Positions 1-13,520 of a stretch of DNA of 64,000 bases are shown piece by piece. Numbering within the stretch: the first letter of the stretch is position 1; each line of letters starts with the position of its first letter. Source of the DNA: Eledone cirrhosa. Lineage: Eukaryota. Below the pieces are notes generated by a model. It saw only the letters and a list, made by a program, of their open reading frames with translations, searched no databases and had not been told where the DNA came from. The position numbers and the translations under genes were made by a program. Where the stretch lies: assembly GCA_964016885.1 (NCBI GenBank), contig OZ024742.1, positions 286,192,001 to 286,256,000 on the forward strand. The letters are read 5' to 3'.

Positions 1-560
1 GTAGAAGTAGTGAGGTGGTGGTGATAACATTTGTTGTAGCTACTGTAGTAGTAGAGGTAGTGAGGTGGTGGTGATAGAATTTGTTGTAGCTACTGTAGTA
101 GTAGAGGTAGTGAGGTGGTGGTGATAGAATTTGTTGTAGCTACTGTAGTAGTAGAGGTAGTGAGGTGGTGGTGATAACATTTGTTGTAGCTACTGTAGTA
201 GTAGAAGTAGTGAGGTGGTGGTGATAACATTTGTTGTAGCTACTGTAGTAGTAGAGGTAGTGAGGTGGTGGTGATAGAATTTGTTGTAGCTACTGTAGTA
301 GTAGAGGTAGTGAGGTGGTGGTGATAGAATTTGTTGTAGCTACTGTAGTAGTAGAGGTAGTGAGGTGGTGGTGATAACATTTGTTGTAGCTACTGTAGTA
401 GTAGAGGTAGTGAGGTGGTGGTGATAACATTTGTTGTAGCTACTGTAGTAGTAGAGGTAGTGAGGTGGTGGTGATAGAATTTGTTGTAGCTACTGTAGTA
501 GTAGAGGTAGTGAGGTGGTGGTGATAACATTTGTTGTAGCTACTGTAGTAGTAGAGGTAG
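1..560. repeat. 50-bp tandem minisatellite, about 11 copies, runs off the window start
   Basis: Unit GTAGAGGTAGTGAGGTGGTGGTGATA(AC/GA)ATTTGTTGTAGCTACTGTAGTA recurs every 50 nt. Confidence 0.95.
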
Positions 561-654
561 TAATAGTGTTTGCTAGTGTGATTGGTGTCGTTATTATACA
601 CACGACACAGTATTCGGTTTGCTTCCTGCTTACTTTTTAAACCAGTTCTTTTAG

Positions 655-836
655 TTCACCATCCTCCCCCTCATCCTCGCCAACATCCCCTCATCCTCCT
701 TCTCCCCATCATCATCACCATCTTCATCATGATAATCATCATCACCATCACCATCATCTGCATCATCAATATCATCATCCTCACCGTCATCACCACCACC
801 ACCATCATCACCATCACCATCATCACCATCATCATT

Positions 837-918
<82 letters not shown>

Positions 919-983
919 GTAGCAGCAGCAGCAACATCATCCCTGTCATCCCTATCATCATCATCAACAACCTCACCTTCATC

Positions 984-1016
<33 letters not shown>

Positions 1017-1330
1017 TTCACCCAGTAACACCATCACTCATCATTATCATCACCATTAATGTGTCCCTAATTATCAATCATCACCCCTCCACCACCCCCA
1101 TATCACCTCCCTAACCATCATCACCACCACGTCTAACACCATCACCATCATCAATACCATCACCATGATCACCATCATTAGCCGCAGCATCACAATCGTC
1201 ACCATCATCATCACCATCATCACCAATAACACCACCATCACAACAAATACCCCCAACTCCATCACCACCACCAGCGCCAACAACACCACCATCAATTCCC
1301 TCGCCACAATCAAGATCATCATCACCATCA
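655..1330. repeat. (ATC)n/(ACC)n low-complexity trinucleotide tract
   Basis: Pure (CAT)n at about 835-917 within degenerate CAT/CAC triplets. Confidence 0.9.
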
Positions 1331-4300
1331 CCATCACCACTACCTCTATCATCACCACCACTACCTCTATCATCCCCACCACCTCCATCACCATCACCAT
1401 CACCACTACCTCTATCATCACCACCACCACCACCACCTCCATCACCATCACCACTACCTCTATCATCCCCACCACCACCACCACCTCCATCACCATCACC
1501 ACTACCTCTATCATCCCCACCACCACCTCCATCACCATCACCACTACCTCTATCATCCCCACCACCACCTCCATCACCATCACCACTACCTCTATCATCC
1601 CCACCACCACCTCCATCACCATCACCACTACCTCTATCATCCCCACCACCACCTCCATCACCATCACCACTACCTCTATCATCCCCACCACCACCTCCAT
1701 CACCATCACCACTACCTCTATCATCCCCACCACCACCTCCATCACCATCATCATCACCACTACCTCTATCATCACCACCACCTCCATCACCATCACCATC
1801 ACCACTACCTCTATCATCCCCACCACCACCTCCATCACCATCACCACTACCTCTATCATCCCCACCACCACCTCCATCACCATCACCACTACCTCTATCA
1901 TACCCACCACCTCCATCACCATCACCACTACCTCTATCATCCCCACCACCACCTCCATCACCATCACCACTACCTCTATCATCACCACCACCTCCATCAC
2001 CATCACCACTACCTCTATCATCACCACCACAACCTCCATCACCATCACCACTACCTCTATCATCCCCACCACCTCCATCACCATCACCACTACCTCTATC
2101 ATCCCCACCACCACCTCCATCACCATCACCACTACCTCTATCATCACCACCACCACCTCCATCACCATCACCACTACCTCTATCATCCCCACCAACTCCA
2201 TCACCATCACCACTACCTCTATCATCACCACCACCACCTCCATCACCATCACCACTACCTCTATCATCCCCACCACCTCCATCACCATCACCACTACCTC
2301 TATCATCCCCACCACCACCTCCATCACCATCACCACTACCTCTATCATCACCACCACCACCTCCATCACCATCACCACTACCTCTATCATCACCACCACC
2401 ACCTCCATCACCATCACCACTACCTCTATCATCACCACCATCACCTCCATCACCATCACCACTACCTCTATCATCCCCACCACCTCCATCACCATCACCA
2501 CTACCTCTATCATCCCCACCACCTCCATCACCATCACCACTACCTCTATCATCCCCACCACCTCCATCACCATCACCACTACCTCTATCATCCCCACCAC
2601 CTCCATCACCATCACCACTACCTCTATCATCACCACCACCACCTCCATCACCATCACCACTACCTCTATCATCCCCACCACCACCTCCATCACCATCACC
2701 ACTACCTCTATCATCCCCACCACCTCCATCACCATCACCACTACCTCTATCATCACCACCACCACCTCCATCACCATCACCACTACCTCTATCATCACCA
2801 CCACCACCTCCATCACCATCACCACTACCTCTATCATACCCACCACCACCTCCATCACCATCACCACTACCTCTATCATCACCACCACCACCTCCATCAC
2901 CATCACCACTACCTCTATCATCACCACCACCACCTCCATCACCATCACCACTACCTCTATCATCACCACCATCACCTCCATCACCATCACCACTACCTCT
3001 ATCATCCCCACCACCTCCTCCATCACCATCACCACTACCTCTATCATACCCACCACCACCTCCATCACCATCACCACTACCTCTATCATCCCCACCACCA
3101 CCTCCATCACCATCACCACTACCTCTATCATACCCACCACCACCTCCATCACCATCACCACTACCTCTATCATCCCCACCACCTCCATCACCATCACCAT
3201 CACCACTACCTCTATCATCCCCACCACCTCCATCACCATCACCATCGCCACTACCTCTATCATCACCACCACCACCTCCACCACCATCACCACTACCTCT
3301 ATCATCCCCACCACCTCCATCACCATCACCATCGCCACTACCTCTATCATCACCACCACCACCTCCACCACCATCACCACTACCTCTATCATCACCACCA
3401 CCTCCATCACCATCACCACTACCTCTATCATCACCACCACCACCTCCATCACCATCACCACTACCTCTATCATCACCACCACCTCCATCACCATCACCAC
3501 TACCTCTATCATACCCACCACCTCCATCACCATCACCACTACCTCTATCATACCCACCACCACCTCCATCACCATCACCACTACCTCTATCATCCCCACC
3601 ACCACCACCACCACCTCCATCACCATCACCACTACCTCTATCATCCCCACCACCACCTCCATCACCATCACCACTACCTCTATCATCACCACCACCACCT
3701 CCATCACCATCACCACTACCTCTATCATCCCCACCACCACCACCACCTCCATCACCATCACCACTACCTCTATCATCACCACCACCACCTCCATCACCAT
3801 CACCACTACCTCTATCATCCCCACCACCTCCATCACCATCACCACTACCTCTATCATCCCCACCACCACCCCCATCACCATCACCACTACCTCTATCATC
3901 CCCACCACCACCTCCATCACCATCACCACTACCTCTATCATCCCCACCACCTCCATCACCATCACCACTACCTCTATCATCCCCACCACCACCCCCATCA
4001 CCATCACCACTACCTCTATCATCCCCACCACCACCCCCATCACCATCACCACTACCTCTATCATCCCCACCACCTCCATCACCATCACCACTACCTCTAT
4101 CATCCCCACCACCACCCCCATCACCATCACCACTACCTCTATCATCCCCACCACCTCCATCACCATCACCACTACCTCTATCATCCCCACCACCACCACC
4201 ACCTCCATCACCATCACCACTACCTCTATCATCCCCACCACCACCTCCATCACCATCACCACTACCTCTATCATCCCCACCACCACCTCCATCACCATCA

Positions 4301-4600
4301 CCACTACCTCTATCATCACCACCACCACCTCCATCACCATCACCACTACCTCTATCATCCCCACCACCACCTCCATCACCATCACCACTACCTCTATCAT
4401 CACCACCACCACCTCCATCACCATCACCACTACCTCTATCATCACCACCACCACCCCCATCACCATCACCACTACCTCTATCATCCCCACCACCTCCATC
4501 ACCATCACCACTTCCTCTATCATACCCACCACCACCTCCATCACCATCACCACTACCTCTATCATCACCACCACCACCTCCATCACCATCATCATCATCA
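1331..4600. repeat. Roughly 39-48 bp triplet-built minisatellite, about 80 copies
   Basis: Unit CTCTATCATC(C/A)CCACC(ACC)nACCTCCATCACCATCACCACTAC. Length changes are in multiples of 3, which explains the three ~1170-aa ORFs. Confidence 0.95.
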
Positions 4601-4844
4601 CAGTGCTCGTCAGTCATTATCAATCACCATTAATAGGTAGAGCAACACGTGCCAAGATTTATTGACTGGCTGTGAATATTCTAAATCATTTTCCATCTCC
4701 ACACTTGGAAACTTTACAGACTGCAAGCGTAAGGTCTGACCGGACGGAAACTTATTCGGATATACATAGACTTATAGCTGGCCACATACACACATACATA
4801 GATATAAACAGTCACACGTGCATATTCACACACACACACAAACA

Positions 4845-4890
<46 letters not shown>

Positions 4891-4902
4891 TATATATAAA
4901 CT

Positions 4903-5165
4903 TAACGGAGCCCATCTCGTCTCCTGGTCTGAATACAGCAGATTTCTTCTACAGAAGGATAGAGAAAGTGAGAGAATGGAAGTGAGACAGATATATAGAG
5001 GAAGAATCGACCCCAGTACATGACAGCTAGTTTTTTTATCGACCCCGAAAGGGTGAAAAGCAAAGTTGACCTTGGCGAGATTTGAACTCAAAGAGCAGAG
5101 AGCCGGATCGAATGCCACAAAGAATTCTACCCGACATTCTAACGGCTCTGTTAAGTGGCCACCTC
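4903..5165 (-). mobile_element. tRNA-derived SINE with extended 3' tail
   Basis: B-box-like GAGTTCAAATCTC followed by the central domain TTTCACCCTTTCGGGGTCGATAAA shared by many copies in the window. Confidence 0.8.
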
Positions 5166-5596
5166 ACTTTTTATTTAATTATTATAAAAAGAAAGCTATA
5201 TATTTTAAACAGTGGAAACATATCTCTTGTGTTTAAAACGTATAGGACATTGAATAAGATTGATAAACAAAGACTTTGTTGGCTTCAAAAGAACGATATA
5301 CCCTTTAACTATGTTTGATCAAGAACAGGTCGTATAGAATCACCTCTACGTTCTTGTGTAGACTATCCAGAAAACAGTGTTACAATATTAATATTTGATA
5401 TTTCATATTTGATAAGATTGTTATACCAATCGGAACCGGTTATATTTAATGCAAAAATTATAAAATTATTCATTTCGTCGGATTAAAGGAAAAAGAATTT
5501 TTAAATAAACTTCTGTGCAATTTCACTATCACTTTTTAACTATAATCTTTGAAAGAACTTTAAACCCCTACCTTTTCAAACACATGCATACGCACG

Positions 5597-5660
5597 CGCA
5601 CAAGTATGGTCTTTAATGCGAAGAAATACCTATGATGGCTAGTAGATCACTGATGACGGA
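5597..5660 (+). ncRNA. Decayed copy of the permuted hammerhead-like motif
   Basis: CGCAC..AGTA TGGTC TTTAATGCG..GAAA TACC..GATCA CTGATGA, same segment order as 29846 and 61273. Confidence 0.45.
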
Positions 5661-5756
5661 TGGTTCTATTTCTAATTCATCATTTTAATTTGTATATCAC
5701 ATTTGCAACAACACAGCACGCCATTTTTCATTCATATATATATATATATATATATA

Positions 5757-5897
5757 TTTATTAAAATATTAAAGTTTAAGCAAAGAATCGCTGCTTTCAC
5801 CCTTAACGGGATCTTCTGATCTTCGGTTCTTATATATTTGATATATATTTTCCTTATCGAGCCCTCTCTGGATTTTAGTCTTCAATTTTATTATTAT

Positions 5898-5900
<3 letters not shown>
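5757..5900 (-). mobile_element. Short (TA)n-flanked repeat carrying a CAGAAGA-core hammerhead-like fold
   Basis: Homologous to 18685-18880, 19955-20070 and 59672-59880. Confidence 0.7.
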
Positions 5901-5958
<58 letters not shown>

Positions 5959-5988
5959 AAATTAAAAGATGGTTAAAAAACTTCCATA

Positions 5989-6056
5989 TATTTTATTATG
6001 CGCATTTCGAAAACAACATCATCCTGGGACAAAAAATGTGTTCTCATCAGAAAATA
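5989..6056 (-). ncRNA. Type I hammerhead ribozyme at the 3' end of the Penelope-like element
   Basis: UAUUUU CUGAUGA GAACACAU..AUGUUGUUUUC GAAA UGCGCA UA; palindromic stem III, imperfect stem I. Confidence 0.65.
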
Positions 6057-6434
6057 AGGTAACATGATATGAGGCCTAAAAACACTTGTGAACAAGAAAG
6101 TGTCCAGTCAACATATGACAAAAATATAAGAGAAGAGGAAAAATGAAGAAAAGGAAAGACGAAGGAAAAAGAAATAGAAGAGAGGAAAAAAGAAAGAAAG
6201 GAGGAGAGAGAAAGAGAGAGAGAGAGAGATACTTTTGAGCGCGAACGCTGTCAAAACTGAAAAAACAGTTGTGAATAACGGCTAAAAAAATAATAAAAAT
6301 AAATAAATAAATTGATGAGGTGAATGTGCTAATATACAAATATTAGATGTCTAGAATATAGAAACTGGGTATATTATTTAATATTGAGTTTGAATACTAA
6401 AAATTGGATTAAGAAGTGTAAAAATGTATTAATA

Positions 6435-6590
6435 AAATAAAAATACAATAAAATAAAATAAAATAAAATAAAATAAAATAAAATAAAATAAAATAAAAAA
6501 AATAAAATAAAATAAAATAAAATAAAATAAAATAAAATAAAATAAAATAAAATAAAATAAAATAAAATAAAAAAATAAAATAAAATAAGA
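6435..6590. repeat. (AAAAT)n microsatellite inside the Penelope-like 3' UTR
   Basis: Direct inspection. Confidence 0.95.
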
Positions 6591-7039
6591 TAGACTAGAA
6601 TAAAAAATAAAAATAAGAATATTCTATCTATGTCAAAATAAAAAAATTACTATTAAAAATTTATATATGTGGGGTATAGTATTTGATTATTATTTTATAT
6701 CAACAAGTAAATAAAGGAAATTGCTAGAAAGGTTTATAAATGTAGAAAGACATATGACGTCATAGATTGTTTACAAAATCTACGAAGGTTTGAACGAAAA
6801 CAATTTACCTCAATAGAGAAAGAAGGTGAAAGGCTTAATAATTGGGAGAAAGGGGGATTAATACATTGTAGAATATAATGAAATATGTGAGAAAAAATGT
6901 GTGAAAAGATATATGTTAAAAATATATATGTGTAAAAAATTAAACGTTATTCGTAGAATAAGTAATAGGACATTAGCTGTATACTTTGTGAAAGGTCTTA
7001 CAAGATTTATGAATGCAGAGACCAAATAAGTCCGTACAT

Positions 7040-7410
7040 CTATTTATTAAAGAGTTGAAATTCGAGATAATGGTAAATTTTTCAGCTAGACATAAATTAC
7101 AAACCCTAGATATAGAATCATTGGAGTAAGGTGAAGCGTTGCCAATTTTACGCCAAGAGATTTCGTAATTAATGTTTTTGTCTCTTTAGGACCAAATAAG
7201 TTCTGAGAGTGCGGTGCTGGTCCTGTTAAGTGGATATTTAAATGTAGAAGAATGGTTATAGAGTCTTGCTTTAAAAGAAGTAGAAATAGAGCCAATGTAG
7301 GTATAGGTATTGGTACTAGTTACCACTTTACATTCGTATATTAGGTTTTTATCGAGACAGAAATTACTAAGAGGACAATTAGTTCTAATAGGGCAGTTGC
7401 ATTTACGATT
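7040..7410 (-). pseudogene. GIY-YIG endonuclease domain of the Penelope-like element
   Basis: KCNCPIRTNCPLSNFCLDKNLIYECKV..YTYIGSISTSFKARLYNH..STALSELIW, a stop, then CNLCLAEK. Confidence 0.88.
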
Positions 7411-7871
7411 AAGATTATTAACAGAGTTATTTACCAGTGGCCCAGGATTATTTATAATAGGAACTGGAGTGGTGGAATTAGCTAAAGGAAGTGCTAAAGT
7501 TTCCTGATTTACATTACTATTTGAAGCATTCCTCAAAGATACGTTTGACGTCGTATTTATATTTAAGTTATTTTGCCTAGAGTTTACATTGACGTCGGGC
7601 CTTAGAGTGTTATTATTATGACTCTCAAGGTTGGATGCATATGAGTTATTATTTAATATTTTAGAATTATGTCTTGAGATAATTTTAGAAATCTTGGAAG
7701 TAGTGGAATATGAGAATTTAATGGTATGCTTATTAAAAATATTGCTATAAATATGTGAAGGGGGGAAACTGTTATCTAAAGCCCTAAAAAATAATTTAGG
7801 GATATTACTAATAAGTGAAAGGGAGAAGGGAGCGTTTTACCAAAGGATATTTTTATATCTAAATCTCCTCT

Positions 7872-9060
7872 TTATGTTACTGTATGCTTATAACTAGCTA
7901 CATTACTATAAGTTCTGTCAAGATTAGTTTCCTTAGTGTATTTAATTTTGTCTGGATATCCAGCCCTAGATAACGCATTATTATAATAGTTGTCATTAAC
8001 ATCGAAGATATGTTTATTAGAGGATAAATTAGAAATTCTTTTTTCAACACTTCTGACTATAGCAGTTTTAACATTATTAGGGTCGTTTGATTTAAAGTTA
8101 ACATAATTTAGCTTCTCATTATCCTTATAGTATGGGTAATATAGGCCGGTATCTAGATTAAGGCATATATCGAGGAAATTTGCTAATTTATCATTATTCT
8201 CAAATTCTATTTTTAGGTTAAGATGCTTAAATAGTTCAAGTATATTTTTCTTAATAATATTAAAGTTTACTTTGTTACAATTTAAGACAGTAAAAAGAGC
8301 ATCATCGTGATATATTCCACCGAGAAGTTGAGGAATTTTCCGATTTAAAGAGTTCAAGATGAAAATTCCAACCAAGTCTGTCAATTGCGCTGAATCCGAC
8401 GAACCCATGGTGATGTCAAAATTGTTGGAAGTATCAGCTCTTGTCCAATATTCATTGTTAAATTCCAGGATGGTTTTCCTTGCGGTGAGAATGATGTTCA
8501 ATTCATCAGTAGTGATGTCCGAGTGTTTAGACGCATATGAGAGAGCTTTGTTAAGGAGTGAAGGAGAAATAGAAGAGTAATAGCTAGCAATGTCTAACTG
8601 AATAAATTTTAGTTTGCTTTTATTATTCAGGTCATTGAACCAGTCTATCACATCAGAAGTACCCGACCATAAATTTAATTGAGAATTAGAGCAAACCTGT
8701 GGGATAATTCTATCCAAGATGGATTTACTAACAACCCCCAGGTCAGATTTAGAAGGGGCAATTAGTCTTACAGGCAAGTCGGTTCGAAAATTTGTTTTGT
8801 GATCTTTCAGACTAATCCTCGGAATTCTTGGGAAGAAGGGTTCTGGTTTTTTTTCAATACCAAGTTTGGTAATAATCTCATATGCATCGAAATTAATAGA
8901 CTCAAGATTATCGTGGGTGGTTTTGCGATAATTTTTTCTTAGTTCTTTAAGGATAAGGTTATTATATTTATCCTTACTTATGCCTTATAAATTATTTGTT
9001 TTGTCAGAATGAACTAAAACGTCTTTAGAAGAATTAAGGTCATTCATTTTATTCTTAAGG
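7872..9060 (-). pseudogene. Penelope-type reverse transcriptase, interrupted
   Basis: DKT motif, LKDHK..PVRLIAPSKSDLG, FIQLDIASYYSSI, FDITMGSSDSAQLTDLVG, GGIYHDD, NFLDICLNL; stops near 8987 and at 7872. Confidence 0.9.
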
Positions 9061-9500
9061 TTGATAAGGTGTCCCTGGCCTCGATAAGGGTTTCTTTTGA
9101 ATTTAAGTCCTCGTATAATATATTCTTTATATATACTCCAGTTCTACCAACTGTCGAGTGCTACTTATCTAATATCTGCATAGTTTTATTGTTCTACAAT
9201 ATTACTCACCTCCTACACCTCCTACACACACATATATATATATATTCATTTTATTAAGGTTAAATTGTGAGTCCTGTCCTCAATTGTGAGTGTTCGCCTG
9301 TTTATCACAGGGCCATAGCCTTGATAAAATGAATATTAATTGTCTACTTTGGTATTGAGTACTCATTTCTCTTGCTCGTCAACCACATACGGATATTGTA
9401 TATGATTGAACGATATACATTGTAGTCAGCATATGTTAAAGCAAATAAATTCCTAATCTCCTTCACGCCGACGTTTATATTTCTCTTTGTGCAATACATG

Positions 9501-9549
<49 letters not shown>

Positions 9550-9601
9550 TTTCAAAGCTCAATATTGACCACATCTCTAGATTGTAAGAGGTATCAAAAT
9601 C

Positions 9602-9649
9602 GTGACCTGAAGATTGGTCAATATTAGGCCTTGAAACCTTAGGTACCGC
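9602..9649 (+). ncRNA. Degenerate type I hammerhead
   Basis: CUGAAGA uuGGUC..GGCCuu GAAA CCU U AGG UA; stem I poorly paired. Confidence 0.4.
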
Positions 9650-9689
9650 TTTTGTTTCGTGTATGAACATAAAAAATGATTTCAGATTT

Positions 9690-9860
9690 AGGCACAAGGC
9701 CATCAATTTTTTGGGGAGGGGTAAGTCCTTTAAATCGACCCTAGTTCGTTACTGGTACTTTATTTTATCAAGTTCGTAAAGATGAAAGGTAAACCTCGGC
9801 GGGATTTGAACTCAGAATGTAAAACCATGTTGTCCGGTGCCCTACCGATTCTGCCAATCC
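9690..9860 (-). mobile_element. tRNA-derived SINE, partial
   Basis: GGCACAAGGCC..CTGGTACTTTATTTTATC..CCTCGGCGGGATTTGAACTCAG. Confidence 0.75.
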
Positions 9861-9917
9861 ATCACCTTTGTGTGAACATACACACACACACCACACACGC
9901 ACATACACACACACACA

Positions 9918-9982
<65 letters not shown>

Positions 9983-10519
9983 GCGGTGCCCCAGCATGGC
10001 CTCAGCCGGATGGCTGAAACGGGTAAAAGAGTATAAGAAGAACAAATAAAGAGATAGAGTGATAGATAAATAGAAATAGGGCGAGCGATAGACAGATAAA
10101 AACATGGAAAGAGAAAGAGAGAAAAGAAATAAGGAAAGAACGAGAGAGAGAAAGCAAGGAGAGAACGAGAGGAAGAAAGCAAGGAGAGAACGAGAAGAAG
10201 AAAGAAAGGAGAAAACGAGTGAGTGAACAAAAATAATTATTGACGAAAATGAATGATGAGATGAGCTGTGGAGCCGGAAGGGTGAGGGAAAACAATAAGT
10301 GTATAAAGGTATCTGAAGCTGGCCCCTAGGGGGCGCTCGCTTTCATACAAACACATCTATCTTATTTGAAGTTAGGTCTTTTATCTACCGGTTTCTTGTC
10401 ATTAATGCCAACACTCTCACGTGGTAATATAATCACATGCGCCATTTTAACTATCTAGTTACCACAGGCGGCACGCTTGTAATATTGTTTTGCTGTGGAG
10501 AACTTCCTAAATAAAAAGT

Positions 10520-10785
10520 GAGGTGGCCACTTAACAGAGCCGTTAGAATGTCGGGTAGAATTCTTTGTGGCATTCGATCCGGCTCTCTGCTCTTTGAGTT
10601 CAAATCTCGCCAAGGTCAACTTTGCCTTTCACCCTTTCGAGGTCGATAAAAAAACTAGCTGTCATGTACTGGGGTAGATTCTTCCTCTATATCTATTTCT
10701 CACTTCCATTCTCTCACTTTCTCTATCCTTCTGTAGAAGAAATCTGCTGTTTTCAGACCAGGAGAGAAGATGGATTCCGTCAGGT
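10520..10785 (+). mobile_element. tRNA-derived SINE, near-identical inverted copy of 4903-5165
   Basis: Reverse complement aligns by eye with few mismatches. Confidence 0.85.
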
Positions 10786-12374
10786 TTTTAAAATGTCGCA
10801 TGGTCAATACGGCGCCCCTAGGAGTTACGGCACCATAGATACTTCTATATGTCTGAATGTAACAACAAAACCATTGTTCATTGTTCCCTATTCCTCAGCC
10901 TGTGCGTGTGAGCGTGTTTGTGTGAGTATGTCGGTGCGTACGTGCGAGTAATTGACAATACATATATGTGTAAAATTGTGTTGTTTATAGGTGCATACAA
11001 ATAAAATGCGACTTGATCTCCTGTTATATTTCTTCCTATGGTTTATTTTCCTGGGTTCTTTGTAATACCTGCCTCTTCTTACTACCATCCAGTTTTGATT
11101 CTTATGTGAAAGCAATTGACATCCTGTTGGCCACATATGTCTTAAATGAAATGAAGAAAAATAAAATCACATGCGAATGTCTTAGCTGTTCTCTTCGTGT
11201 CCTTCTCGTCTTTATGAACAGTTGTTAATATGCATTTGCTCTGAATAGCGAGTCTCGCACTCCAGTGTTATCTCCGTAAGATTTAGCTTCTTCGCCATTC
11301 CATACCATGTCTCCCTACCATCTCTTTATATCAAATTTCGGTATGCCTGAGGTTGGCAGGGAGTGAGCTCCTGCTGGCATACAAAATGGCTCAAATAGGT
11401 TGTGTTTATCTCCTCTGTAAGCCAAACTTCCTCTCATGCGTCCCCGTCGCGGCACGGGCGCCACTAAATTGGGTTGGGTGTGAAAGCAAGAGCTGAGTGC
11501 TATAATCAATGCAATGCTTAGATTGCAGTATCCTCAAGTGCATATACCTGCGGCTGGGCACCGCTTATAAAACTAATCCCCCGAAGCATCTCAATTGAAA
11601 TGAACTTACAACGTGAATTCCTTCGATGAAGCCGGCTCAACTCACCTAGGGTGAACTCCGCCAAGTAACTTAGATATGTGTGCAAGAACGATGAAATATT
11701 GGAAATACAGGATAGATACCAACCTGTCTGGATCTAAGTTAGACTGAACTTGGATCTGTGGAGAAAGAACTCAACTCCTTAATTCATAAACTGGAAAGGT
11801 ACATGACATCTGAACCCTTCAAAATCTGTAAAACATTCTTACGATTCAAAGGATGAATGACTGCACAAGAGAGTATGAAAATTTCCTTTATTTTCCACCC
11901 TTGCTGTCAGGAAGGGGGCCAGTAAAAAATAAAACATAAAAGATTCAACAGCTGACCTCCTCCATAAAATCGGATCGTTAGCAGCCCGTCTGAGGAAGGA
12001 GTCTTGCGATGTGGTGGGGTGGCTGTTGCAGCGGGGAAATGCCTTTGCATTTTTTTCCCGCGGAGCGCAGCCGAAACACCACTCTGACCTAGGTGTTGAG
12101 CCTGTCATCATCTCCCCTTCTCCTTCTCTTCCTTCTTTACCTAATTATCCTTTCACTTTTCCTTTAGTCCTTTCTCTTGCCCTCCTAAAAAAAAATCAAA
12201 ATTAAGAGAAAGAATTAAAACACACACACAAATAATTACTAATTAAAATATGTGCAATTTCTTTATTTATGTTGCTGCTAATTGATCTTATTGCAGGCAT
12301 GTATGGTCCCGCAACTCCTGGGGAAGTCGTAGGGCCGTTACATTTACATACAGCATCTCTAGAGCATATTTAAA

Positions 12375-12635
12375 CCTGGCGGAGCCCATTCCTCTCCATG
12401 TCTTGATATAGTAGATTTCTTCCAGAGAAGGATAGAGAGTGAAAGAATAGAAGTAAGAAATAGATATAGAAAAAGAATCAACCCCAGTACTAGACTGGTA
12501 CTTTTGTATAAACCTCCAATGGATGAAAGGTTAAGTTGACTTCGATGGGATTTGAACTCAGAGAGCAGATGGCCGAAACGAACGCCACAAATAATTCTAT
12601 CCGATGTTCTAACGACCGTGCCAATTCGCCACCTT
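12375..12635 (-). mobile_element. tRNA-derived SINE, diverged member of the long-tail subfamily
   Basis: Same 3' tail (CGGAGCCCAT..AGAAGGATAGAG) and central domain. Confidence 0.75.
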
Positions 12636-12702
12636 AGTTAATCTTATTATCATGACAATAAAAACGCCTTCCATAGAAATATAACTATTTGTTCGTTATT
12701 CA

Positions 12703-12910
12703 GGGCCGTGGATTGGCAGTATTGGTAGAGCGTCAGACAACATACTTTACAGCATAGGGTTATTCCCCTTTACGATCTGAGTTTAAATCATCATGCCTTT
12801 CATCCTTACGTGGTCGATAAAATAAAGTAACAGTAATGCACTGTGATCGATTTAATCGATTTTCCCTTCCCCAAAAATTGTTGGCCTTGTGCCTAAAGTA
12901 GAAACAATTA
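12703..12910 (+). mobile_element. tRNA-derived SINE
   Basis: A-box-like TGGCAGTATTGG and TTTCATCCTTACGTGGTCGATAAAATAAAGT. Confidence 0.8.
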
Positions 12911-13247
12911 ATTGTTCCTTATTCATGAAGTATATTAAAGATATGTAAAAGATATTTCAGCCAATTGAAGGATCCAAATTGATCCGGTCCAGAAGGTAGT
13001 TTTTCTTTTCTTTTTCTAGTAGTATTCATTCAGAAATCTCACATAATACAACTCTCCTTACGACTACCTTTATGTACATTCATTCATGGGTGAAAATATT
13101 TCAACGTTTTCTTTTTACATTCTAGTTTTCTTTTCTTTTTTTCTTTTCTTCTTTTTTTCTTTTTTCTTCTTCGAATTCCGGTGTTTTTGTTTGTTTAAAC
13201 ATTTTTTTTTTTCTAAAATGAAAAAAAACATGCAAACGCATTCAGGC

Positions 13248-13303
<56 letters not shown>

Positions 13304-13316
13304 TTGGTGGTGGTAA

Positions 13317-13348
<32 letters not shown>

Positions 13349-13349
13349 T

Positions 13350-13426
<77 letters not shown>

Positions 13427-13520
13427 TTGGTGGTGGTAATAGTAGTAGTAGTAGTAGTAGTAGTTGTTGTTGTTGTAGTGGTGATGGTGGTGGTGATAGT
13501 GGTAGTAGTAGTAGTAGTGT
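13248..13520. repeat. (GTA)n microsatellite with GTG/GTT interruptions
   Basis: Direct inspection. Confidence 0.95.

Larger units (their letters stand above)
5957..9230 (-). mobile_element. Penelope-like retroelement (RT plus C-terminal GIY-YIG endonuclease), decayed, inserted in (TA)n
   Basis: RT and GIY-YIG remnants on the minus strand, hammerhead at the 3' end, (TA)n on both flanks. Confidence 0.88.

Noticed and set aside
1-560. CRISPR-like array
   Set aside because: Head-to-tail 50-bp minisatellite with no spacers
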